A DNA stretch of 64,000 bases from Minutocellus sp. GHC0000111. Its lineage: Eukaryota. Each line of letters opens with the position of its first letter. The stretch's first letter is position 1. Shown one piece after another: positions 24,301 to 34,377 of the stretch. Position numbers and translations under genes: made by a program. The stretch is taken from positions 2,604,001-2,668,000 of the forward strand of contig OZ361258.1 of the NCBI GenBank assembly GCA_977018835.1. Direction: 5' to 3'. The notes beneath the pieces were generated by a model. The model did no database searches, was not told where the DNA came from, and saw nothing but the letters and a program-made list of their open reading frames with translations.

Positions 24301-27300
24301 CAGCACCCTCTCCCTCAGTTCGAATTTGTTCTTCCTTCAAACTTCTGTAGATGCCTTCTAGATATTCGCGAGGCAGAGCGTGGCCCCCTTCCGTGATGTC
24401 TCGGCCATAGTCGGTGTTGTTTCTGACGAAATCATCGACCGTCATCTTTCTATCGGCGCGAATGTTGGCATTGTGAAGGTCGGTGTTGAGCATAATCATA
24501 CTGAATGAAAGCAGGTAGGCAGCATCGGCAGATTTCTTGGCGTCGGCGCTGAAGAGACTCAGCCTTCCACCGTGACGTTCTTCGCAATGTGACGCACATT
24601 CCTCTGCGAACGACTGAAGGATACGGTCAATCATTTGCGCCTCGCCTGGCAAACGGAACGCCGCGAGGAACATGCGCAACCCATCCAAGATGGTCGCATT
24701 AGCAAAGTGAAACAGCGATACATATTCCACAAGGACCTCCTTGTGAAACAAGTCGCGATCCCAAACCGGCGGAGATTTCAGTGGTTGAGCACCCTTTCCT
24801 TTGGTTCCGAGATATTCTCCTACCGCCTTTTTATCTAATCCAACAACAATGCCGTTGCGGAGGAACGATGCAACTGAATGTGGGGTGACAGGAGAGGCAA
24901 TCATTCCAACATCCACAAGGTATTGAATGCCTTTGGACGACTTCTTGTTGAACAGATGAGCTGCCTCCCTCAAATGATTCTTATGAACCTTAATCTGACG
25001 CAGGGTCTTTGGTGATTGACTTAGCGTGTTGGACTCACGAACTGGAGATTCCTTAGACAAGTCCTCCGGAGGAGCTTCTTCTTCCTCCTTCTCTTCTTCG
25101 GCGGCATCGGCCATTTTGCTCTGAGTAGTGGAATCTTCGTCCTTGGATTTTGTGTTACCATTATCTCGAAACAGACATTTCATGGCTCCAACCAAAGCCT
25201 CGGCACACATTTCTCGAAGATGAGCTGGAACATTGCGAAGATTGTTTGCAGTCACCTCTGAGAAGTCATCCTCCGAGTTGACTCCAAGCATCGATGGAGT
25301 TGTCGATCCATCGCCAGTACCTCTATTCCGTCTGCTGATAGCAGTACTTACAAAGCCAGCCAAGCCCTCAGGAGTTTCGTTGACACCGCCAAAATTAGCG
25401 CCACAGCATTTGCAAAGCTCAACGACAAGGCCCATAGCGACATCACTCTGGCTTGGATGGCAATCGTAATTGAGATACAACGCCTCAAGGCTGCCACTTC
25501 CATCTTTCCCACCATCGTATAGGCTAACAATATCGACCAATGACTCCAAGATGATCTCCACCTCGGAGTCGAAGATAGAGTTGGCCTCAAAGACATAAGA
25601 ATCCTCTGGAACGGGGAGCTTGCGCAACAAGCTCAACGCTCGAGTGTAGAATCCAGTGAAGATGGCACCGAATTGAGGCAGTAGGGCCGTTCGGAGCGAG
25701 CTGGTATGCCATAGCGTGCCAAAGATGGAACAAATTTCACTCAGCACTTCAAGCGAAATGATGCCTGGTGTGGCCGACGCTGGACTGGCGGCCGCAGCAG
25801 CAGCGCCAGCTCCCGCGGCGGCGGCATTCTGATACGCCCAAATGGACTGGCCGGTCATCAAAAGGGACAGACAAAGGTCATCTCGAATGATGGAAAGTAG
25901 AGCATCATTTTCGTCGATGCCACCATCGCCGCCCCCGCTGCAACCAGCATCATCATCATCGCCGACGTTCCAGTCCAAATGTTCCACGTCGCCCCATCCA
26001 ACGCGAAGGCAAATGCGAACCAACTTGAGGCAAAGGAGGCGAGTAGCATCGTGAGCGGCCTGGGCCTCCGGACCGCCTCCACCGGCTGTCTTGCTCAATA
26101 CGGGGTTGTGAATGAGCTGGCTGACGAGGAATTCCAAAATAAGACGGGAGGAAGACCACCGATGGCCGTGGCTACCTCGTTGCTGCTGCTGATGATGTTG
26201 ACGCCCGCTCTGGCCAAAGGCGGCCTCGACCATGCCCACCAATACCTCTTCAAAGTGATAGCAAAGGGCTGGACTGTGGACGAAGGTATTCCTCGTCACA
26301 AAGACGGTGTTGAAGGCCTCCATCATGGTCTCGGGACGGATGCTGTTGCTGCTCGATCCAGCACTGTTCTCCACATCCAACGAAACGATGAGACTGAGAA
26401 GATCAGCGATGGCCATCTCCACGGCCTCATCGGCCCCGGCATCGGTCTGCTCGAACTTGCAGTTGAGGACGGCACGGGTGAGAGGTTCGAGGTGGGTGGT
26501 AAATGCGGCCTTGGCGGCTCTGCGGCTACCACCACTCCGGTGACTGGCGTGGGAGGCAATGCTGTTGTTGCTGCCAATGCTGCTACTGCTGCCACCCCCA
26601 TGCGCAGCCTTGATACCGCCGATACCAAACGATCCATTGGGCAGCACGACCAAACTCCTGCGCTGGAGCAACCGATGCAGCGCCCGGAGTGCCACCAGAG
26701 TGTGTGGACCGGCCGCCCGGGGGTCGGTAATGACACTGAGAAAGGGAGTGGCGTACGGCCCAGCATCGTCGGGCAGGGCCATCATCTGTTGCTGGATGTG
26801 GAGTTGTTGGAGCTGGGCCTGACTTAGAGACGTCGAGGTGGCATCGACCGACGACGAGGACGTTCCTGGTAGTGGAGGGCCGCCTTCCACCGCGGCTGCT
26901 GCTGTGGCAACCTGATCGGATCGATACACACCATGAGGAGAGGCCGGGGGTAGCTGAGCATGAGACTGCTCAGCATTCGTACCCTCCTCGGCCGCAGCAG
27001 CTGCTTCCCGAGGCGGAGTGCTAGCTTCAGCCTCGCCGGCCGCACCCGACGTCAAATCACCCGTGGTGGCCGTAGCGGACGTGGCCACATCCTCATCCTC
27101 GCTGTTGGCACCCTCGGCGTGACTGACAACCACCAAACGATCCGACTCATTCACAGGCGGCGGAGGCGGAGGTGGGGGAACTCCATGCGGCGCCGGTGGG
27201 GGCGGAGGCGGCGGGGGAGGAGGGCTGGCAGCAGATGCGCTTTGTTGTTGTTGCTGCTGCTGGTCCTCCTCGCCGATAGTTGATGGAACCGGCGGTGGCG

Positions 27301-27335
27301 GAGGAGGAGGTGGCGGCAGATCGCTGCCACCCGCT

Positions 27336-27370
<35 letters not shown>

Positions 27371-27682
27371 CGTCTCCCGAATGTGCATGGCCGCCATCGC
27401 CTCGGCCGACGTCAGGTTCGTCGCCGATTGCTGCGCGGCAGCGTCCTCATTTCTTCCACCACCTTCACCGCCACCATTACCAGCATTCGCATTCGACAGG
27501 CCACCGTCCAAATACTTCCCCCTCACCAATCCCCGCAGACTTTCCAAATCACGGGCCAGCTTGCCCCAGGCGACGGGGGGCGGTCCACCCCGCAACGACG
27601 ACAGGACGTATCTGCATTCCGTGCAAATGTGCCGAGCCGCCTCGAGGGAAGTTGGATTGGGCTGTGGGGTCATACTGCTCAC
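21337..27682 (-). CDS. GBF1: Large ARF guanine-nucleotide exchange factor, GBF1/GNOM type; 1 intron
   Basis: DCB region (CKFEQTDAGADEAV), HUS box (LYLNYDC), Sec7 catalytic FRLPGEAQMIDR and IMLNTDLHN, HDS region (ALKNRDRIGLLW). Intron 21928-22054. Confidence 0.9.
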
Positions 27683-28204
27683 TTATGCTGTTCGGGAAGG
27701 ATCAAATATGTGCAACCCAATCTATCAAGTAAGTAACGACTAATTGATCCCTGAGTGGGTTTTGGCCCTTTTGGATCGATTTGCTGTGATGGGTTTTGGT
27801 TCGTTGGGGTCGGCTCGGTGGGAACCTGAACGATGCAACACAAGATGTGCCGGCCCAACTTGCGCCAGATAGCAGTGGACCGCTATGTAATACCATGGAC
27901 GAGCGAGGCCGATGGTATCCGTTAGCTACTAGCTACGTAGGCGGAACGAGAAGGCGGCCATGTATCTTGCACTGGTCTTGTTATGTGACCGACCGTCATT
28001 GCTACGAGGTCCGGGACAGCAATTTCGGGGACCCGGTTTTTTGGGTCTTTGGACTTTCCGACACGGCGGTTTGCGCGCACCTTGAAAAACACGCGGCAAA
28101 GCAAGCAAATCAAAACACATCCGTCAACAACCGACCTCCAAGCAATTACCACAAATAGACTGGGCAACTTCTGCCGACTGGCGCTTCAAGAAGCTTCCAT
28201 ACTC

Positions 28205-29335
28205 ATGGATACTCCAAAGGGACACATCTTCAGTCCACCGCGTCCACCGAAACGCGCCGAGGCGACTGCATTCAGCCCCTCGCGCCATGAGAAGGAAACT
28301 TCCAACGAAACGCCGGAACATCCGCGGTATCGAGAGAACAAGGACAACGATGACGAGGAGGACAACCAAGGGGTCCCACCGGCATCGTCAGACCTCACAT
28401 CTCCTCGTGTGTTGAAATATCGACGCGAGTACAACGAAGAGGATGGCTTCGCCGCCGAACAAGCCCAAGCAAGGAAGTACTTGCATCATGACATATTGCG
28501 TGCCGACTTTCGCGGTACCGCTACCGTTTCATCTCATTCTGATGAAGATGATTCATTCTCAGAGATGAGCATAGCAACCGCCGACGCAAAGCCAAGCGGC
28601 GAGAGGAGAAAGCCCGTGAGCTCATTCGACCTTCCCTCCGCCACGCCCATGGTAACAAGTCCAATGTCAGTTCATACTCAGTATGCTCTTACCCCAAGCC
28701 GCTCATGCCCGTCGTTCAGCAACCTTCAATTGTCATCCCCTACCATCTTGGAGCCCTTGCCTCCAACCGAACCAACCGAACGACAGATTGAACGAGAGGT
28801 TGAGGAACATCGGAGGCTTGCGTGCTTTTTGACGTACGGAGAAGCACCACTACCACAAGATATAAAGAACTACAAGTCACCCACATGTAGTCAGAGGCCC
28901 GAACCAAGAAGAAAAGAGAAAGGGGTCTACCTCCCCTTCAAACAAGTTCCTGGTTGGGGTAGCGAGGTCGCGGTCACCACAGTGCTAGGCATGATCGAAG
29001 TCGATCGCCAAGTAAGAGAGGGTCGTGGTGCCTACCCGAAAGGGTGGAGAAGCAGAGAACTCGGATTGTATGATAACAAGACAATAGAATTCTCTATTGC
29101 ATTTTCTGACAAGATTGCATTAGATGCATATAAGTTGGGATATGAGGATGGGAGTAAACAACCAACTGCTCACCCTGCCCTCACTGACAATAAACTTGCC
29201 GATGCATATGGTGTGAAGCGCGGAAAGATTCGTCAGTCCCTCCACGCTGTGTGGCTTTCTAATGATCATAAGAAGGCCAAGGAGGCAAAAAAGAATACCG
29301 GTAGAAATAGAAGAACAAAGAAGCCCGTGATATAA
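28205..29335 (+). CDS. Transposon accessory/cargo protein (~376 aa), disordered N-terminus, C-terminal HTH-like motif and basic tail
   Basis: Uninterrupted ORF inside the TIRs; LTDNKLADAYGVKRGKIRQSL; ends KKAKEAKKNTGRNRRTKKPVI. Confidence 0.7.
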   Translation: MDTPKGHIFSPPRPPKRAEATAFSPSRHEKETSNETPEHPRYRENKDNDDEEDNQGVPPASSDLTSPRVLKYRREYNEEDGFAAEQAQARKYLHHDILRADFRGTATVSSHSDEDDSFSEMSIATADAKPSGERRKPVSSFDLPSATPMVTSPMSVHTQYALTPSRSCPSFSNLQLSSPTILEPLPPTEPTERQIEREVEEHRRLACFLTYGEAPLPQDIKNYKSPTCSQRPEPRRKEKGVYLPFKQVPGWGSEVAVTTVLGMIEVDRQVREGRGAYPKGWRSRELGLYDNKTIEFSIAFSDKIALDAYKLGYEDGSKQPTAHPALTDNKLADAYGVKRGKIRQSLHAVWLSNDHKKAKEAKKNTGRNRRTKKPVI

Positions 29336-29430
29336 ACAAACCAATGCTGCTGCATCTTACATGTAGATCTATAAATAATTTGTAGACGTGTAACATTTAT
29401 TTAATACATGTGTAAAGATATTAATACTAT

Positions 29431-32374
29431 CTATTTATTAGAAGGATGACGTGCTGAGGGCTCCATCCCCTTGGCCGTTTCGTTGAAGTCGATCCTAATT
29501 CCAGTGTGCAAGTTTTCGTCACCCAACCTTCCAACAAACTCATTGCTACCACCGGCCTTAATCACCAGGCCCATTATCCTCCAGTACTGAATGAAGGCCG
29601 AAGCAATTTTGCAGTTAGGCATGCTATCGTAAACGTCCTCGGCAGTGTCCCAGATCTGGTCGGTGGAAATGACGGAGGTGCCTACCATTTTTCGTGCCCA
29701 TTCCGAGTGCCGCCGGCTCATCGCGGGGAACACGCTCAAGTCAAGGACGTTGGCGTGAGGCATCTGCGGTGCCTGTGGCTGCCACGTCCAGCCTTGCTCA
29801 GCACAGAAGTTAGTAACAAATTGCGTGAAGGTTCCGTCCTCGTGAGGCCCGGCCTGGTCGCCCTGGATAATAACATGGCAATCTTCGTATGCTTGCCCGG
29901 ACCGACAAGGTTGAGAATCGCTGGGAAAATAGTCTCCTTGAATACGAGGAGCAAAGAGCATTTCGGATCCTTTTTGGTGCCTTCGTTCGATCCAGTAACG
30001 CAACAATCAACAAGAAACGACTCTCCTTTCCGGCGAAGAGGTTCCTTTGGTGTCCCATCGGGGTTGGTATTTGGGTACCGTATTGAACCATCAGGCTGTG
30101 ATACTGCTTCGTACTGAGCTCGCTCCGCTATTTTAGGAGCTTGAGCTCGTACCAGTGGCAGTTTTACAACCTCGCACCCACTCTCAAGAGAACCGTCAAA
30201 GACAGCGGCAACAAATGCAATGGCCATGACCTTGTTGATGCGGCTCCTGTGAAAGGCCGCGTAATCTCGCTTTTTCACGCCGATTTCCTCGCAAGCCTTC
30301 GCAAAAGCTCGGAGGACGAGACCCCAGAACCATTTCTCATCGTAATGCACGAGGAGAACTCGCTTCTTTCCATTCGGTAAATTGCCGTTCTCATCCCGAA
30401 TGTTCCAGAAATTCCGCACGAGCTGAGCAAAGGCCAGATGCTTAGCATTTTGAGCCTCCGACAGGCGCGGTACCAGCCGCTCCTTGTAGAAAGTGAAGGT
30501 GTCGAATGACTTGAGCCACCGCTCAATCGTCTTGTGCGAGCACCACAGACCAATGTCCTGCTCCAAACAACGGAACGATCGCTGAGGATTGCTGGAAAGG
30601 GCCGCAACAATGTCGTTCTGTGTGTACGGCTGCCTTGCCAAGTGCTCCCGCCTCTTCAGCTCCCGCAGCTGCTTGTCATCGTCGCTGATGGTGTCGCACT
30701 CGGTCAGGTACGTTTTGAGCAACTCATTGTCAGCCTCCTTCGATACAGAATCATAGCGGTCTTCCTTTGCCTCTCTGCACTTATTGATTGCATACAGGCG
30801 CTTAGCAGTAAAGTACTGCTCAGCCGTCTTGGTCTTGTAATTGTCAATGGTAGACTTTGGCCGAACCGACGAATCCTTGGGAGCGGGGGTGACAAATGCA
30901 AGCTCGGCCTGATCTGCTGGTATGCCCCGGGCAATGGCATTCTTCCGAGACTCGTTCTGGATGTCTCGCAGCCCATTCTTACCCTTCCCCCACGCTCTGC
31001 AGAGCTCACGAATAGTGACCCTCCCATCCGACTGAAACTTCTGCGATGAACTGTTCCTACTTGAGTGCTGCGTCCCTCCGGTGCTCTTCAAATGCACTTC
31101 CAGAAGCAATCCCTGGGCAAAAAGCATGCTCTTGTCCTCGTCGTTCAATCCCTTCTTGCCTTTGGTTGCTCGATTCGCCTCCTTTCGAAGATATCCATCC
31201 TTCTTCCTGTATCGCATGCCATGCAAAAGCTTTCCGACAAGAGTCTCCATCGGACTGCCATCGCTCTTTGCACGCTTATTGGCACCGGCGCTGTCAACAC
31301 TATCCATCCCCGCCTGAGCAGATGCTGTCCGTTTGCGCCTGTCCTTGGCAATTGAATCGGTATTGAGGCCGAGTGGGATCGGGGTGATGGCCTTGAGAGG
31401 CACATTCTTATGCATCATGCCACCAAAAGGCTTCTCATGCTGGACATCGCAAAGAGTGCCTCCACCGACACCTCGACTGACCATAACAAATCCCTTGCCC
31501 TCAGGCCGATTCATGTTGGGACTGAAGTCGGCAGACACAAGGACATATTCCCCAGCACTGATGGCAGGTCGCATGTTATCTTCCATTCTCATTGCTTTCT
31601 TGCGTTCGGGTGGTGCATCCGTCGGCATCCTGTGCGACCGAAGATGTTCACGCATTTGCACCCTCTGCTCCAAATGACGCATCGCCTCCTTCATTTTGTT
31701 CCTTTTCTTCTCGGCATCGACCATGGCCTTTTCATCCTTCCGCTCTTCTCGTTTCAAGGCATCCCTTAGCCCTTTCAAAGCCTCCTCTGCAGTTTTGCAT
31801 GTTGCGCTTCGGCCTCAACCAGCAGCACATCCAAATTCTCCTCGGTCGATCCACCAGAATTGGCGGTGCCGGTAGCAGAAACACCGACACTGGCAGGATT
31901 GCCAGATTCTTCACTGTTGCCGCTTCCATCCACCACCATGGACTCGGCGATGCCCCCAGCTTCGATGTCATCATCACCAGGACGAGCAGCGATGCCAGCA
32001 TTGTCCTCGACCGTCGGCTCAGGGCTGGCATCGGCGTTGTTGGATGACGAATTGCGCCGAGCAATTTGAATTTGAGAAATCGGCACATCTTGTGCCGGAT
32101 CAGGACCGGTCTGGCTCGGACAGCACAGCTCCTCCTCTCGGGCTTGCTCCATGACATCCTGCTGTTTCTGAAGTGAGAGGCCCGCCCATGCCCGGTTCGC
32201 CATGGTCTGGATCATCCCAGGAGACTTGCCACGAATCGTAGAGGCATCGATGGTGCCGCTCCGATGGACAAAATAATCAAAGCATGGGATGGAGCTGCCG
32301 GACCGACGGGAGCGGCGACATGCTGGCGCATCAGCTGCGGTGGCAGCAGTGGTAACAGCCATTTGCATTAACAT
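29431..32374 (-). CDS. Mariner-type DDD transposase (~980 aa reconstructed across two 1-nt frameshifts)
   Basis: VHYDEKWFW (D1 30339-41), IQGDQAGPH (D2 29857-9), QAPQMPHANVLDLSVF (D3 29740-2), similar to plant-type mariner motifs HIDEKWF/QQDNA/NVLDLGFF. HTH upstream. Frameshifts at ~31793 and ~29893. Start codon uncertain. Confidence 0.88.
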
Positions 32375-33176
32375 GGTGTTGGATGCAGCATTTTGTGGCA
32401 GTAGAGCAACAGTTTGTATGTCGGGTGGGTTGGAAATGAGGAAGGTTTCATTGAGTGGCGGGCGCGCCGGGCGGGTGATGATTTTTTGGCCCGCTCGATT
32501 TTGGCGCGGGGTCACCCGGACCGCATAAGATACGCCATTATGGGGACCATGGAGACCGATATCGGAGCTCAAACCATGTGGCTACTTGAATCAATGCATT
32601 TGGGAGGTGGTGGTGGGGTCGGGAGGTGGAGGAGGTGACTGGTTGTCATCGGAAAAACTGGCAGAAGCAGTCGGGAGGGGCGATGGATGGGGTGAATCGG
32701 CCAGACGCTGGCATGGGAAGATGAAATCGATATCTCCGAGTCGGTCCAAGGTCAAGGACCAACCCGTTCTGGAGATACCACGCTTATCCCTTGCGTGAAG
32801 CGGATGCCGTCGGCACTGCCGTCACCGCCATCTTGAAGACAGGACGACAGCAAATAAATGCTGCTTGCTGCGTGCGTTTGTGCTGAATTTTATGAGATTT
32901 TGCCCAAAGACCCGAAAACCGGGTCCCTGAAACTGCTGTCCGCGACCTCGTAGTCTAGTCGTTCGCGTTTTCCGTTATGTTGAAATGTCACGTACGACGG
33001 AAAGACATTTGTTCGACTGCGCTGCATGCAACCAACCTGCGCTGCGCTGCAAACCATTAGGCCTACCTAGGTACGGCCCAGCCAACCTCATTTTCGGAGG
33101 GCCAGCTGGCCTGAGCGAGAGGTTGCTGAGAGAGGCGAGGCAAAGCAGATAGGCTGCCGACCAGGAGATTATAGCG

Positions 33177-34280
33177 ATGACAACATCATGTAGCAGCCCC
33201 CCATGCACCGGCAAAAGGAAAAGAGCCCGATGCCAACGACAAGCTGTGCTGGCCATGGCGTCGATACTTGCTGTTGCGCCTCTTCCTTCCGCAAGGGGGT
33301 TCATCCTACTGCCAACTCCTCACCACCACGAGAGTCGCAATACCAAGATGTTGCTGGCGGCATCTGAATCTCCTCTCGCAGTGGAGTCAATAATGATTAG
33401 TGAAGAGAGTCCAACGATTCTTACAATTGATAACCTACTATCGGAGGACGATATCAAAACAGCCATGAAATGTATCGAGATGGAATGTGTCAGTACCGCC
33501 ACGACATCAGACTACCAGGAGGATATTTTCAGGGATGGGGCCGAGGAGGAGGAAGACAACCACTTTTCCGATGCAGTAGAACGAGCACTGAGCAATAGTA
33601 TTGGTACTCAGCAAAACATTCCTGTAGAACACGTCAATTCTCCCCTCGAACAATTCCTATGGGTTGTAACGAACCACCCGAACGCAATGGACCAAGAAGA
33701 TATTGTTACAGGCGCAAACTTCATCCAGCGTCGTCAAGCCCGTCAGAAGTGGGAATCAGAGGGAGGACGGCAATTGCTAGAACTCAGCATGGACGAGAAG
33801 CCATTTGCAAAGGCCGGGAAGCGATATGAGATGCCAAACGAGGTCAAGGACATGCTATTGGAGAAGATACTACGACGAATAATGCGGAATCCGCAAAATT
33901 GGAGCGTTCATGATGCTACCATAGTAAAGTATGATGAAGGAGAAAGCCAAGTCCCTCATGTCGATCCGTGTGACTGTACGATACTGGTTTATTTGGATGA
34001 CGGTGCTACATGTACAAATCTCAAGGAGGAATGCTCATCGGCAGGACTGAATGGCGGCGACACCTGCTTTCCCGTTATTGGTTGTACCGTTCCAGTGGAG
34101 GTAGGAAGGGTACTTCTCTTCTTTTCCTCCACACCGCCACCCTCAGGTGAACGAGATGTAACGTCCATTCATCACGGAGGACTCGTCCAAAGCGGAAGAA
34201 AGGTGGTAGCTCAAGTAATGCTGTCATTCGGAGGAGAAAACAGTAGTATTTCATCGTGGCTTGAAATTCTTACAGTTTAA
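33177..34280 (+). CDS. 2-oxoglutarate/Fe(II) dioxygenase (prolyl 4-hydroxylase-like), probable plastid presequence
   Basis: HVD...GGDTCFP...HHGGLVQSGRKVVAQ (HxD..H..K); hydrophobic leader ending ARG-F. Confidence 0.8.
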   Translation: MTTSCSSPPCTGKRKRARCQRQAVLAMASILAVAPLPSARGFILLPTPHHHESRNTKMLLAASESPLAVESIMISEESPTILTIDNLLSEDDIKTAMKCIEMECVSTATTSDYQEDIFRDGAEEEEDNHFSDAVERALSNSIGTQQNIPVEHVNSPLEQFLWVVTNHPNAMDQEDIVTGANFIQRRQARQKWESEGGRQLLELSMDEKPFAKAGKRYEMPNEVKDMLLEKILRRIMRNPQNWSVHDATIVKYDEGESQVPHVDPCDCTILVYLDDGATCTNLKEECSSAGLNGGDTCFPVIGCTVPVEVGRVLLFFSSTPPPSGERDVTSIHHGGLVQSGRKVVAQVMLSFGGENSSISSWLEILTV

Positions 34281-34377
34281 TTTATTATTTAAATGGTTCA
34301 AAGTAATACAATTGTTATTGAATGGTATGCATGGAACAAACACGAAGATTCTCCTCCGCTCCGACTTTCTTTTCTAC

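Larger units (their letters stand above)
28005..32950. mobile_element. Tc1/mariner-superfamily DNA transposon, 4946 bp, two convergent ORFs
   Basis: Imperfect ~48-bp TIRs at 28005-28052 (CGAGGTCCGGGACAGCAATTTCGGGGACCCGGTTTTTTGGGTCTTTGG) and 32904-32950 (5 mismatches + 1 gap). TA on both sides (28003-4, 32951-2). Internal DDD transposase. Confidence 0.93.

Noticed and set aside
28205..29335. Fanzor/TnpB cargo in the transposon
   Set aside because: No recognisable RuvC I/II/III or CxxC zinc-finger motifs, and the ORF ends internally rather than near a TIR.
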